DNA of 63,795 nt, filler included, from Octopus bimaculoides (taxonomy: Eukaryota), in the NCBI RefSeq assembly GCF_001194135.2. It is 6 parts of 6 records of this genome, joined end to end, with 100 filler letters (N's around TTAATTAATTAA, not from the genome) between each part and the next. Parts side by side here need not be neighbours in the genome. Positions count along the whole stretch, not along the records: positions 1 to 16,418 come from NC_069007.1; 5 more parts are not named here. One strand, written 5' to 3'. Positions 1 to 14,956 of this stretch are shown in pieces. The notes under the pieces are model-generated. The model did no database searches, was not told the origin of the DNA, and was given only the letters and a program-made list of their open reading frames with translations. Every line of letters starts with the position of its first letter. The stretch's first letter is position 1. The position numbers and the translations under genes are program-made.

Positions 1-41
<41 letters not shown>

Positions 42-257
42 TTGTATGTCTATATATATGTGTATGTGGGCGTGTATATATATATATATACATATGTGTG
101 TGTATGCTCCATTACACATAGAGAAGCGGGAATATATGAAACACGTGATTAAAAACACACGTAGTTTGATATGTTTGTACACATTTACAAATGAATATAT
201 GCTAACTCATAACTTAAATAATGTTACGCTCCACAATATTCCTCATACGCATTTCCA

Positions 258-299
<42 letters not shown>

Positions 300-1292
300 C
301 GAATTCGAAAGCAAACATCTTAAATACTATTTACCACTATAAAACCTTTGCATGTGATTTTAAATACTACTACTACTATTAATATTAATAATAATGAGAA
401 AAAGAAGAAGAATGACAGTAATAATTTTAATGATAGTAATAATAATAATGATGATGATGATAACAATAGTGATAACACTAATGATAATTATAATAGGAAT
501 AACAATAGCAATAGCTATAACGTTAATAATAATAAAAATAACAATAGCAACTATGAGCATAATAATAATGATATTGTTATCGTTGTTGTTGTTATAGTAT
601 GAACATAAACAACACTAATAACAAACCATGGCAGGGAAGAAAACAAAAAGAGATTTAGACAAAAGGAACGCATGAAGTAAAAGCATAGATAAAGAGAAAA
701 AAAAGGAAAAAAAATCTGAGAACGCCTAAAAATGCAAACATCAGGTGAAACAGCTTTATGTTAAGGAAGCTTGTAGAATGTTTTAAAATGACACTTTCGT
801 CTTGAAATTCATTTACTTCTTATACACACCGCCTTGCCTATTTCACCACCATCTTTTCTATCACCTGTATTATAGTCCCTCTCCCTCTTTCTCCCTCTCT
901 CCTCTTCTCTTTCTCTCTCTCTCCCCCTCTCTCTCTCTCTCTCTCTCTCTTTGAATCATTCGGTCTTTCTTTATTTTCTCTTATCCTTATTTTACTTCTC
1001 AAACTTATGCATTTTGACATTATCCCTAAAAATATATCTAAAAAAAAAAGCTATCGTAAATACATACACTCATATGCGTATATATACCTGAATATGTGAT
1101 TGCATGCGCGTGCGTGTCTCTGCCAAGGTATACAGTTGAATGAACTGGTATATGTATATGTGACTATATAATAACAAAAACATATATATTTTTATGTGTG
1201 TGAGTATATACAATCAAACATTTACAAACCGAAAGATAAACACATGTATATGCTATATATGTATATACGCATTTATGTATGTATTATGTATG

Positions 1293-1331
<39 letters not shown>

Positions 1332-2125
1332 NNNNNNNNNNNNNNNNNNNNNNNNNNNNNTATATATATATATATATATATATATGCATATATATATATA
1401 TATATTTGCACAAACACACACATACACACACATAAGCTCTTTGATTTATACTCTTTGAACACATATTTAAATTCGTTTATTCCTCCGTTTACATTTCCCA
1501 CCAGTTCTCTCTTCCCCACCTTTTTCCATCCCTTCTCTATCCCGGTCCCTCCCTCTCTCTTCCCCGCTCTCTTCCTCTATCTCTCTATCTCTCTCTCTCT
1601 CTCTACCCCTCTCACCTTAAATACATGCTTCCTCTATTTACTCGTCCTTTCAATTTTCTTTTCTCTATAAATTTTAAGCTTCCTCTGCATTTGTGCACCG
1701 GTTTATTTTCTTTTCTGCTTCAATACTATAAAAGCACTAACATAAACACACTTGGTCGCCTCCCTCCCTTTCTCTCCACTAACGTCTTTATGTATCTCTA
1801 AATATGGCCGACTATATTTAGCTATCTATCTGTTTGTCTATTCCTCTGTATCTTTATATCCTCTCTTTTATATATATATACCTTTAGTGATACAACCGTT
1901 TGAAACGAAAAAAAATCAATGCACGTTGCATATATTTAGATATTTATTAACCTGAAAAGAACTCCGGTGTTCTCAGATATTTATGTTTCGTGTGACAAAA
2001 TATTATGCATACGTTTATACGTGATCGTATACGCATACAGGCGTATATATACATACATATATGTGTAAGTGTGTGTATGTGTGAATGTATGTATGTATGT
2101 ATGTATATACATATGTGTGTGTGTG

Positions 2126-2162
<37 letters not shown>

Positions 2163-2989
2163 NNNNNNNNNNNNNNNNNNNNNNNNNNNNNNNNNNNNNN
2201 NNNNNNNNNNNNNNNNNNNNNNNNNNNNNNNNNNNNNNNNNNNNNNNNNNNNNNNNNNNNNNNNNNNNNNNNNNNNNNNNNNNNNNNNNNNNNNNNNNNN
2301 NNNNNNNNNNNNNNNNNNNNNNNNNNNNNNNNNNNNNNNNNNNNNNNNNNNNNNNNNNNNNNNNNNNNNNNNNNNNNNNNNNNNNNNNNNNNNNNNNNNN
2401 NNNNNNNNNNNNNNNNNNNNNNNNNNNNNNNNNNNNNNNNNNNNNNNNNNNNNNNNNNNNNNNNNNNNNNNNNNNNNNNNNNNNNNNNNNNNNNNNNNNN
2501 NNNNNNNNNNNNNNNNNNNNNNNNNNNNNNNNNNNNNNNNNNNNNNNNNNNNNNNNNNNNNNNNNNNNNNNNNNNNNNNNNNNNNNNNNNNNNNNNNNNN
2601 NNNNNNNNNNNNNNNNNNNNNNNNNNNNNNNNNNNNNNNNNNNNNNNNNNNNNNNNNNNNNNNNNNNNNNNNNNNNNNNNNNNNNNNNNNNNNNNNNNNN
2701 NNNNNNNNNNNNNNNNNNNNNNNNNNNNNNNNNNNNNNNNNNNNNNNNNNNNNNNNNNNNNNNNNNNNNNNNNNNNNNNNNNNNNNNNNNNNNNNNNNNN
2801 NNNNNNNNNNNNNNNNNNNNNNNNNNNNNNNNNNNNNNNNNNNNNNNNNNNNNNNNNNNNNNNNNNNNNNNNNNNNNNNNNNNNNNNNNNNNNNNNNNNN
2901 NNNNNNNNNNNNNNNNNNNNNNNNNNNNNNNNNNNNNNNNNNNNNNNNNNNNNNNNNNNNNNNNNNNNNNNNNNNNNNNNNNNNNNNNN

Positions 2990-3069
<80 letters not shown>

Positions 3070-3523
3070 CGTTCGGTATGGTTTGTTCTGGTAGATTCTG
3101 TGACAACAGCCTGCTGTCAGAAGTCCCAAACTTGGGCCCAGGCGGAACTTTCTGGAAACTAATCATCCTCTATTCGAGCATCTCCTCAATTGCGATTTTA
3201 TAAGTAACAGATATCAAGTGCGACAGGGATCCAAATAAGATTCCACTTCACCCTGCATATCGATTTTTCTTCTTCCTTCTGCAAGGACGAACGTGTTCCG
3301 TTGAACTTCCTGTTTTCTAGAGCGCAGGAAGTTTTCATTTGGAGCGTTTGACGTGTTTGATAAGGAAACTTTTCTCGTTCATTAATTTCTTAATAGTTCC
3401 TGAAAAGGAATTTACGCAATGACAGCACAGTAGCACAGTGCTTCCCTTTAGAATATTTAACGAAAGAGGAGGGCAAGAATGCCATAATTGGTACGGTTAT
3501 ATGCATATATACAAATATACAAT

Positions 3524-3555
<32 letters not shown>

Positions 3556-3564
3556 CATACATAC

Positions 3565-3755
3565 ATATTATAAAAAATAATAAGGTACTTAGAGATCTGG
3601 ATGGTTGTACATTTACCGATTCTTCAGATTGAAAAATCTATTAGAGTAGTTGCAAGCGCTAGTGTATGATTTATAAAAACATGTGACAAATTGATAAAAA
3701 TCTGTAAATGTACAGCCATCCAGATCTCTGAGTACCTTATTATTTTTTCTAATAT
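3565..3755. mobile_element. Small foldback/MITE
   Basis: About 58-bp inverted arms (ATATTA.AAAAATAATAAGGTACT.AGAGATCTGGATGG.TGTACATTTAC.GATT) with few mismatches around a spacer of about 70 bp. Confidence 0.7.
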
Positions 3756-3807
3756 ATAATACCTGTACATCACGTCTAAACCTTCTAATATACATACATA
3801 CATACAT

Positions 3808-3857
<50 letters not shown>

Positions 3858-4720
3858 GTATATATAAATTTTGTACAACTCTTACTTTATCTTTTATTCC
3901 CACTCTCATTTTTCTTCTTTCCTCTGTCTCCCCTTCTATCACATTCCTTGGCCCTCTCTTTCTTCAACTCCCACTATTTCCCACTCGTTTATCTCCTTTC
4001 CTTTTGTCTCTGATATTTTTTTTAATCCTCCAATCCCGCTGTCCCCTGCCCATCTCTCTCCTTCTTCCACGTGACCGGTGTCCGGCCAGCCATGATCTTT
4101 CTTTCTTGGCCTGACAGCCGACCGTCAACACGTCTTGTGTCCATCTCCCGTGTTCCAATATTATCATTATTATTATCAATATTATCATTATTATTCCCTA
4201 AAATATGGCCGCCATCAAGACGTAAAAATTCAATTACGCTTATTATTGTTATTTCGTTATTATCATCTTTGTCATCCACGTAATAATTATTATTATCATC
4301 ATCATCATCTTCGTCATCATCATTATTATTATTGTTATCATTATTATTAATAGTAGTACTATTATTATAATTATTATCATTGTTATTTTTATTGTTATCA
4401 TTACTCTTTCTCTCCCTCTCACTACTACTCTGCATAATGCTTAACATATGTATTTATTTTTATCCTTCCATGCCAATCTTTGTATGATTCTTCGATCGCC
4501 CCAATTCTCGTTTTCCCGCCACAACCACCACCACCACCACCATTTTCCTCCCGACACTCATCTCTCTCAATACTAGCGCCAGTGTCTCCCTCTATTTACC
4601 ACGCTTTCTGCCTCACTACTAATGTATGCGTGTGCATGCGTGCGTGTTTAAGTATCTCTTTATGTAAGTGGAAACGCATCTTTTTATTTTTCTATAGTAC
4701 ACTATCACCATATTTTCTTC

Positions 4721-4784
<64 letters not shown>

Positions 4785-4914
4785 GCACTATACACATATA
4801 TGTGCACACATGCATATATTTATATATATATATATATATATACATACACACACACACCACACACCAGACATATGTAAAGAAAAAATATGAAATGACCATT
4901 ACTTGTGCCTTATA

Positions 4915-4946
<32 letters not shown>

Positions 4947-5079
4947 CAAATATATATATGTATATATGTGTGTATACATATATGTGTGTATGTATATATG
5001 TGTATATCTATATATGTGTGTGTATGCATGTGAATATGTATATATCTATATATGAATATATTCTTTTATTCTTCTATTT

Positions 5080-5480
5080 CTTTCAGTCATTTGACTACAG
5101 TCATGCTGGAGCACCGCCTTTAGTCGAACAAATCGAACCCAGGGCTTATTCTTTGTAAGCCTAGTACTTATTCTATCGGTCTGTTTTGCCGAACCGCTAA
5201 GTTACAGGGACGTAAGCACACCAACATCGGTTGTCAAGCCATGGTGGAGGGGGACAAACACAGAAACACAAAGACATATATGTATATACATATATATATT
5301 ACATTTAAATATATATATATATATATATATATAGTTTCACGCTACCAAATCCACTCACAAGGCTTCGGTCGGCCCGTGGCTATAGAAGACACTTACCCGA
5401 GGTGCAATGCAGTGGGACTGAACCCGGAACCATGTGGCTGGTAAGCAAGCTACACAGGACACAGCCACTCTTGCGCCTTA
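5080..5480 (-). mobile_element. tRNA-derived SINE family A, full-length-like
   Basis: Head with GGTTCCGGGTTCAGTCCCAC B-box-like segment, internal (TA)n, tail CCAGCATG...CAGTCAAATGACTGAAA. Related copies near 8770-9215, 12260, 15380, 28480-28920, 34230, 36770, 37050, 44080, 44730-45145, 49437-49840, 52230, 52778-53060, 59520 and 62678. Confidence 0.8.
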
Positions 5481-5828
5481 TATTTTTATTTTATACATAC
5501 ATATATGCATATACGTACATATATATTCATATATGTATATATGTGTATGTATATATATATATATATATGTTTGTGTATGTGTATATATATACATATACAC
5601 ACACATACATATACGTATATGTATGCTTACATATCAGCTTACCTTCGTTTTTCATTAAACCTACACTTTCAATTGTCTCTATATTTTGATTCGCTTCTCA
5701 TAACACGCCATTGGACCCGTCTTCCTCCCCCAACCGCAAACACTGAGCAACAGAAATACACACACACACACGAACGCACGAATGCTTGTATTTATTTAGA
5801 CAGATGCATATATTTAGGCAGATGAGTA

Positions 5829-5864
<36 letters not shown>

Positions 5865-6557
5865 ACACAACTTATAGACATCAAATACAAGAGCTGAACT
5901 CTCGCTCTTTTTGTCTTTCTCTTTTCGTGTGGCAAAACAAATGAAATTGTTTCATACTTAAGATAATGGTACGTGAATTCCTTATATTACTTGCCGATCA
6001 GAATCGAAATATGCCAAAAACAGAAAGTATTCTCTTCAGAAAAGAAGAAGAGTGAATGAGACAAGGAGAGAGAGGGGGGGAGACAGAACGTGAGAGAGAC
6101 AGATACATTAGAGTCATTATTTACATTAGATATACCTTTTGTAATATGCTCGCTTTTCCAAAGTATTAACGACAACGGCAAGAAGAAGAAGAAGAAGAAG
6201 AAGAAGAAAAGAAGAAGAAGAAGAAGAAAAGAAGAAGAAGAAGAAGAAGAAGAAGGAGATGAAGGAGAATTATACAAGAAGGAAAAGAATGAGGAAAAAC
6301 ATTAAAGACATTTCAAATAGAAAATAGAGTAGGAAATAAACAGAAATTATATCTATCAACCTCCTCTTCCTCTGTCTCTCTCTTTCTCTCTCACACACAC
6401 ACATATATACATATAAATACATATATATATATATAGATATACATTCATATATATATACATATATATATATATATGCATATACATATATACAAACACACAC
6501 ATATATATATATATACACATGTATAGATGTATGTATATAGATGTATATGTATGTATG

Positions 6558-6601
<44 letters not shown>

Positions 6602-6785
6602 AAGAGAAAGAGAGAGAGAGAAAGCCGTATATATAAATGCATGTTTGTATATGTATACATATATATATATATATGTGTGTGTGTATATGTATATATATAT
6701 ATATGCATATATGTATATATATATATATACATGTTTAAATGTGTGTGTGTATACATATATAGAGAGAGATAGGTAGATACATATA

Positions 6786-6836
<51 letters not shown>

Positions 6837-8906
6837 NNNNNNNNNNNNNNNNNNNNNNNNNNNNNNNNNNNNNNNNNNNNNNNNNNNNNNNNNNNNNNNN
6901 NNNNNNNNNNNNNNNNNNNNNNNNNNNNNNNNNNNNNNNNNNNNNNNNNNNNNNNNNNNNNNNNNNNNNNNNNNNNNAAAAAAAAAGAAAATGGGAAAGA
7001 CTAAATGAAAGTTATAGGTCGGGGTGGGGACGGAGAGAATGTTTCTTAGCCGTAGAGAAACGATATGGGTGTTTACATATGTGTGTGTGTGTTTCTGTGT
7101 GTGAGCGTCTGCGTACGTCTGTGTGTGGGTGTGCATATATCTGTGTGTGTGTGTGTGTGTGTCTAAGTCTCCGTGTGTAAGAATGAAATCAACTTGGAAT
7201 TTTCCATTGATTTCTCAATACAAATATAGACGTTTTGGGAGAGAGAGAGATTGTGTGAGTCTGTTTGTGTATTGGGGAGGTGTGTGTGTCAAAGTTTTTT
7301 TATGATATATACACGCACATGCATACGTCTGACTGTATACATATGTATGTATGTATGTATGTAGGTAGGTAGGTAGGTAGGTAGGTAAGTAGGTAGAAAT
7401 GTATATATGAATGTATGTATGTATAAACGTATGTGTGAATGTATGTATGATTGTATGTATAAATGTATTTATGTTTGTGTAAGTGTATGCGGTTTTGCAC
7501 TATCGATGCAGGTTTGTTTTTATAAGTGTGTATGTGTGTGTGTATACATGTATGTATATACATAGAGAGAGACGGGGGAAAGAGTTAGTGAGAAAGGCAG
7601 GTAGATAGATAGATAGATAGATATACATTCATATGTATGTGTGTGTGTTTTTGTAGTGTTCGAGTGTGTGTTTATATAGATATACGTGTACTTGTGTGCA
7701 TCTGTGTGTGTGTATATATGTATGCATGTATGTACGTAATCACGTATTCGTATCCTGGCATACACTTCTCCACCTGCCTCCATTACATCTCCCTAATCCC
7801 CTCATAATAACAAAATACTATAACAGCCAGTTTCACTTTCTCCATCTCCTCCACCCCGCCCGCTGCAAATTACTCCCATTTTGGTATGCACTTGTCACTT
7901 ATCTCCTTTTCTCTCTCTCCTCATCTCTCGCCGTCTTTCTTATCTTCTCTTCAATTTCTGCTTCTTTCGCTCTGGCTGTCTCCGTCTCTATCGACAATAA
8001 AGTTCCATGAGACATTCTTTAAGACACTAAAACATGCCTGCTGTGAACCTTTGTCTGATTATTAAATGAAAAGATTAGCAAAGAAGAATCTAGACAACGC
8101 TTTCAAAAAAGCCGAAGAATTTATGGTAAATAAACGACGCTAAAACTCTTAAAATATTCTGGCAGCATTATTTATTTTGATTTTTGTTTCTTTTATATTT
8201 TCAAATACTTTGAACTTGACATAAGCGTAACGGTAAGAAGTTTGCTTTGAAACAATGTGGTTTCAGGTTCAATCCCACTACACAGCAACTTGAGCAACAT
8301 AAGGCTGTAGTCGCCCCGAGGCTACTGTAGAACNNNNNNNNNNNNNNNNNNNNNNNNNNNNNNNNNNNNNNNNNNNNNNNNNNNNNNNNNNNNNNNNNNN
8401 NNNNNNNNNNNNNNNNNNNNNNNNNNNNNNNNNNNNNNNNNNNNNNNNNNNNNNNNNNNNNNNNNNNNNNNNNNNNNNNNNNNNNNNNNNNNNNNNNNNN
8501 NNNNNNNNNNNNNNNNNNNNNNNNNNNNNNNNNNNNNNNNNNNNNNNNNNNNNNNNNNNNNNNNNNNNNNNNNNNNNNNNNNNNNNNNNNNNNNNNNNNN
8601 NNNNNNNNNNNNNNNNNNNNNNNNNNNNNNNNNNNNNNNNNNNNNNNNNNNNNNNNNNNNNNNNNNNNNNNNNNNNNNNNNNGAGAGAGAGAGAGAGAGA
8701 GACACAGAGAGAGACAGAGAGAGAGATTTATCTATAGTAGATTTTTAAACAGAGATAATGTGTTTCTCCGTAGATTGAAATTTTGTGTCCTAACCACTTG
8801 GTTCTGTGTTCAGTCCAGCTTCAAAGCAAGTCGGGTAAGTGGCTTCCACAATACCCTCGGGCCAATGTGAGTGGATTTGATAGACAGAAACTGAAAGAAG
8901 CCCATC

Positions 8907-8944
<38 letters not shown>

Positions 8945-9248
8945 CCGATCAAATCTTCTGCGAGTTAACATGGGATCCCTTGACGACAGTGTAACCTTCA
9001 TTTGACTAAGGTATCGTTGGCCTGATGACTAGACACTGGAGAACCGCTCGTTGAGTAATTACGATTTTCTAGAGGTTCGGCAAAAGAGCACGATGTAATA
9101 AGTAACCGGCTTAAAAAAATAAGTACAGGCTTCGATTCATTCGACAGAAATTCTTCAAGGCTATGCTCCAGTATGGCCGCAGTCTAATGACTGAAACAAG
9201 TAAATGATCAAGATACAGGATGCATTTGTGCGATTCTGTGCGTGTTTC

Positions 9249-9306
<58 letters not shown>

Positions 9307-10059
9307 GTATATCTTCCGTTATACCTTTACGAAATTGTCAGAGAGTACTCAATGTCCTAATTTAGAGCTAAAAAAAATACCAACTAATATTTCTATGCAG
9401 ATATTCATAATATTAAAAGCTTTACGTTCTTTTAGCACTGCTGGCATTCAACATTAATTTTAAAATTCGCAAATTATGTTTTCCAATTTCCAATGTTGAA
9501 ATTTGGTTTTTAAATTAAAAATAAAATCCTACTTCTTTCTGAAGAAGTAAAACAATAATTCAAAGAATTTTTCCGACAGAAGCATACATAACCAAAAATA
9601 CTTCCCGTGTTTCGGCATCGTTTATAGGCAACAAATCTATATTAGCTCGAATCTTCTCTGCATTCAAGAATTTGAAACAATAATCGGATAAATTACTATT
9701 TATTTTTTTGCGTTAGTTAATTTTTTTTTTTTTTTGCGTTAATTATGGTTCTTCATAGATTACTTTAAATATTGTATTGTATTATTCTTCTTGAGAGTTT
9801 GTGTACTGAAACCTCCTACGCAAAAAAAAAATATGCTGAAAGATATAAGAAATATGAATGGTAAGATTTCAGATTTATGCCAACAGCTATTGGTATGAAA
9901 AAAAATAAATAACAAACGCTGTACTATGCTGGAACTGACATGGAATACCATAAAACTGTTTTTTTTGAATAAATGTTGTGAATGGATAAATCATTCTCAT
10001 AACGAGGAAATTCCGTTAAGAATCGAAACACAGCGCCGTATCAAAGATATATTGTTATT

Positions 10060-10375
10060 TACGAGGTCTGATCAATAAGTATCAGAACTGTTGCCATAGT
10101 AACGAAGCTAAAAAAACACGGACTAAATCCGCTTGGCACAGATTTACCTTAATTCTGCTGTGCATGTGCACTAAGTTTGAACGTTCTAGCTCACTTCTGC
10201 TGTTTACAGCAGTGCCTGGAAGGAAGCTGCGTAGCGTGTGATCATCGCATTGACCATGACAGGGAAAGTTGCCATGGCGATACCTGCTCAGAGGCCGACG
10301 CAAAATTGCAGAAAGTAAATAGAGAGGTGCGTATGAGCCGCACACAAGTGTACAAATGATTCAGAAGTTTCCCCA
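10060..10375 (+). mobile_element. Mariner 5' fragment
   Basis: TA-CGAGGTCTGATCAATAAGTATC TIR-like start, followed by AKLQKV...MSRTQVYK*FR (mariner N-terminal HTH). Confidence 0.65.
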
Positions 10376-10461
10376 AATGGCCTAAAATTTGCTGTATTTT
10401 ATTGTGCTTAACATGATACAAATAAAATAAGCTTCCATAATTAACCTCTCGTAGCGAGAGG

Positions 10462-10495
<34 letters not shown>

Positions 10496-11530
10496 CAGTG
10501 AGTGAGAGAGGGGAAACGAATGAGACAGACTTAGAGAGGATTTCGGAACGATTGGTACAAAGAGAAATAAGGAGAGAGGCTTAAGGAGAGAGATCGATAT
10601 TGTTTAGCGAGAATGAGATCCAATAAAAACAAATGGCATTCATAATTTTTAATCTTGGGCAAGTTTTTAAAACAAACGTCATTGCACGAATGTGTGTGGG
10701 ATTCTTTTATAGAACTCACCGAGTCTGAATGAGTGTAACATGCGTGTACATGCATGAGTCAGGTGCATATATGCGTTCGTGCGTATGCGGTCCTGTTGCG
10801 GTACGCATACGTATAATTGTGTATGTCTTTGTGTATCCAAGTCTATATGCTTCTGCCTTTATAAATATCTCCTTTTGTTTAAGTATTGTATACATATGTG
10901 CGTGTGTGTGTATGTATGTGAGCATATATCTGTGTGTGCGTGTGTGTATGGATGCATCTTCTCCGTATGCACGTTCTCTTCATTTTTTCATATGTTTCTG
11001 TTTTCGTGAGCATGCGTCATTGCATCGCTTCTTATTTGTATTTCTGTCTGACATTTATATGCATGCATCACTTTGCATGCCCATGGTGTGTTCATGTATA
11101 AGAGGGTCTGTTGCATATTGTTATAATAGCGAAGAAAAATATTTTGTTTTTAGGCTTCTAAGGGTTGAATTCTCTCTTTTGTTTCTTTTATTTTTTCCAA
11201 ATACTTCTAAAAACTACAAAAGTCGAAACATTTTATCGTGACAATGCTTAGTTAAGTCTAAAGACAAGGAAGACACAAACAGACAAACAGAATTTGAATT
11301 TTAATCTGTATTCTGTACAAGGCGGCGAGGAGCTGGCAGAAACGTTAACACGCTGGACGAAATGCTTAGCGGTATTTCGTCTGTCTTTACGTTCTGAGAT
11401 AGATAGACAAACAGATAGATAGATAGAGAGAGACAGAGAGACAGACAGACAGACAGACAGATGTACAGATGAACAGATAGATAGATAGATACACAGGCAG
11501 ACAGATAGATAGATAGATAGATACACAGGC

Positions 11531-11615
<85 letters not shown>

Positions 11616-13198
11616 CACAGACAGATAGATGGATAGATAGAAAGAAAGATAAGGGAAAACATTTTCGAGAATATTGATTTCTTAATAAACAGTAAGCCTA
11701 ACCGAAGTAAACATCCACACAGACACAGGCACACACATAATATATGTATATACATATATATACATATATTATACATACAATTATATTGTCGCACAATCAT
11801 ACACATAATGTACAGTATAGAGCCTACAGACACATAAAAAAAAATACGAACATCTGCAGTCAATACGAGTAAAAAAATCAGCATGAAAAAATAACATACT
11901 TTAGAAAAATAGATCGACATGGAAGAGGAAACATAACTACCTACAAACTGATTGGCCTAAAGGGAAATAAACAAAAAACATTGACTTTCAACTTCATATC
12001 CCACTTAGATACCTAACGAAATATCACCATTTATATCAACAACAATACTCCTCGACTATGAGATGGTTATCGAGCTGTATATATATATATATATATATAC
12101 ACACAAATAACCATACACAGACGCATACACACACACCACACACACATATATATATATATGTATATATACATATATATATATACATACAAATATTTATACG
12201 TATATATATACGTACACCACTGCAGTATATCTATATATAAATATATAGTTTTTGTTTTCCCTACCACGGCTTGACAACCGGTGTTTGTGTGCTTCCTTCC
12301 CCGTAACTTAGCGGTCTGGCAAAGATAGAGCGATACTATAAATAAAGGTTATAGGGTAAAGACCCCTTCGGTCATAAATGACTGTGGGATTGCACCTAGG
12401 AAGTTACCCTCCGAGAAACAAATCTGGTCATGGTTGTTAATGAATGACCAGCACTCGCCCATGCATACCAGCACTCGCCCATGCATACCAGCCTCTCCTG
12501 CCCACGTCACCGATGCTGACCAAGAGACAGGCAAAGACCGATACTGCTTGGCACCAGTGACGCTGTACCTCATTTCCACGGTTGTATGAACTGGAGCAAC
12601 ATGAAATAAAGTGTCTTGCTCAAGAACACAACACAACAGCCCGGCCAGGGAATCGAAATCACCACCTCATGATTGGGAACAAGGTTTAAAAAAATAAATG
12701 TTGGTATCGATTTGTTCAACTAAAACATTTCAAGCTGTCGCCCCAGCATGGCTACAGTCTAATGAGTGCAACAAGTAAAAGATAAAAGATAACCGGTATG
12801 TATATATGTGTGTGTGTGAATTTATATATATGTATATATACTTTAAACTACTTTTCCTTTGTGTTTACTTTTAGTTTTTAATTATGCTTGTTTCAGCACT
12901 TTTACTTTACGTCAAACCATTTATTTCTCCTCGTGTTCCGTGTTGCCCTTTAGTTGTACTTATTGCTCTCTCCAATACCGATCGAGCTCTGCTTTCTTTT
13001 TGTCATACTTTTTACTTTCTTCCTCTGATGACAATTACAACTTTAACGTCTTCCTCAATTGAAACTTGCAATTACACAGTGTGCATTTAAATATTTTCAC
13101 GTTCTGATGCTCTCACTCACCTTACATTTTTCTCTGTGACTCATTGATATCATTATTTCTACACTCTACGTACTTCTCTCACTCTCACCCTCACCCTC

Positions 13199-13239
<41 letters not shown>

Positions 13240-14102
13240 ACGCATACATACATATATATATATATATATAATTTATATTATTATATGTATATATGTATGT
13301 GTATGTATGTATGTAATTCACTCATTCACACAATGTGCTTTCAAAGTAGATAAATTATTCAAATTTAATTTAAGCATAATGCAAAAAACTAATATTGTAT
13401 GTTTACATAATGTCACGGACGTAAGCAATCATAAATTTAGTTTTAATTATAATGCGAGAAATAATTTAAATGTAAAACAAACGTTTCAGCTGTGTTCGAA
13501 ATAGTGTCCAATACGTTGGGAAAGAACAATACACATTTTCATTATGATGGAAACGAACGATCTTTAATTCGGGATTGACAAATGAGATGTATGTGATATA
13601 TCTAATTAGTAGATAGATAGATAGATAGATAGAGAGAGGGGGAGAGACGGGTAGATAGATACATGTGTACATAGAGAGGGAGATACACACGCATACATAT
13701 ATAGAGATAGAGAGAGAAAGAGAGTGAAAGATAGATACATACACATGCATACATAAAGAGAGAGGTACATACATGGATATATAGACAGACAGACAGACAG
13801 ATANNNNNNNNNNNNNNNNNNNNNNNNNNNNNNNNNNNNNNNNNNNNNNNNNNNNNNNNNNNNNNNNNNNNNNNNNNNNNNNNNNNNNNNNNNNNNNNNN
13901 NNNNNNNNNNNNNNNNNNNNNNNNNNNNNNNNNNNNNNNNNNNNNNNNNNNNNNNNNNNNNNNNNNNNNNNNNNNNNNNNNNNNNNNNNNNNNNNNNNNN
14001 NNNNNNNNNNNNNNNNNNNNNNNNNNNNNNNNNNNNNNNNNNNNNNAGATAGATGGTTGAATAGATAGATAGATAGATAGATAGATAGACAGACAGACAT
14101 AC

Positions 14103-14135
<33 letters not shown>

Positions 14136-14158
14136 TAGACAAGTAGATAGATGGTTGA

Positions 14159-14209
<51 letters not shown>

Positions 14210-14836
14210 CTAAACCTGAAATAAAAATGCGTATCAGAGGAAATACGACCGGGTGTGAGTTGTATGATTAATGTAGTGAAACGAAACAAAAATAAAATAA
14301 TTGAAGTCAGAATGTTATGATTGTGACGTTGACAAAGAGCTTAACATGTGTCAACATTTAGATTACTAAAACGAATTGATATATCAGGAAATTATTATAT
14401 AATGAAGTATTTAGATTAATGTTTTAAAAAAGCTTAATATTTATTTTTAGCTGAATACCAGATTCTCCATGTTAGTATCACGCTTTGCGTAACTAATTTC
14501 CGAAAGTATCGAAAATAAAAAAAACATTAAAAAGAAAAGAGTTTGTTACATGCTTGTATGTACACATGTATGCACGTATACTGAAATGTATGTATGTATG
14601 TCATTGTTCAGTTCTATTTCAAGATTTCTTGCCAAGAGGTATAACCGGTTTCTAACCTAGATCCAAGGTTCCTTCACTGGAATTTTAGCATCAACAACAG
14701 GATATTTTTGTATGCATGTATGTTATCAATCAGTTTCATTTCTGTATTTCTTGTCCATAGAGAAAGAGCCGGACTCTAACATAGATTCAAGGCTCCTTCA
14801 TTGGAACTTTTATCAACATCATCTAGGTATTTGTGC

Positions 14837-14956
<120 letters not shown>

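Noticed and set aside
3066-3420. Unique-looking island with ENFLRSRKQEVQRN, faintly like CR1 RT
   Set aside because: No further RT motifs; frames close within about 55 codons.
4060-4225. CpG-containing patch with CACGTGAC (4068) and ATGGCCGCCAT motifs
   Set aside because: Isolated short motifs with no associated exon; expected by chance.
13020-13075. CTGATGA...GAAAC spacing reminiscent of a hammerhead
   Set aside because: Only a 4-bp A/T stem II, with no stem III or stem I pairing.
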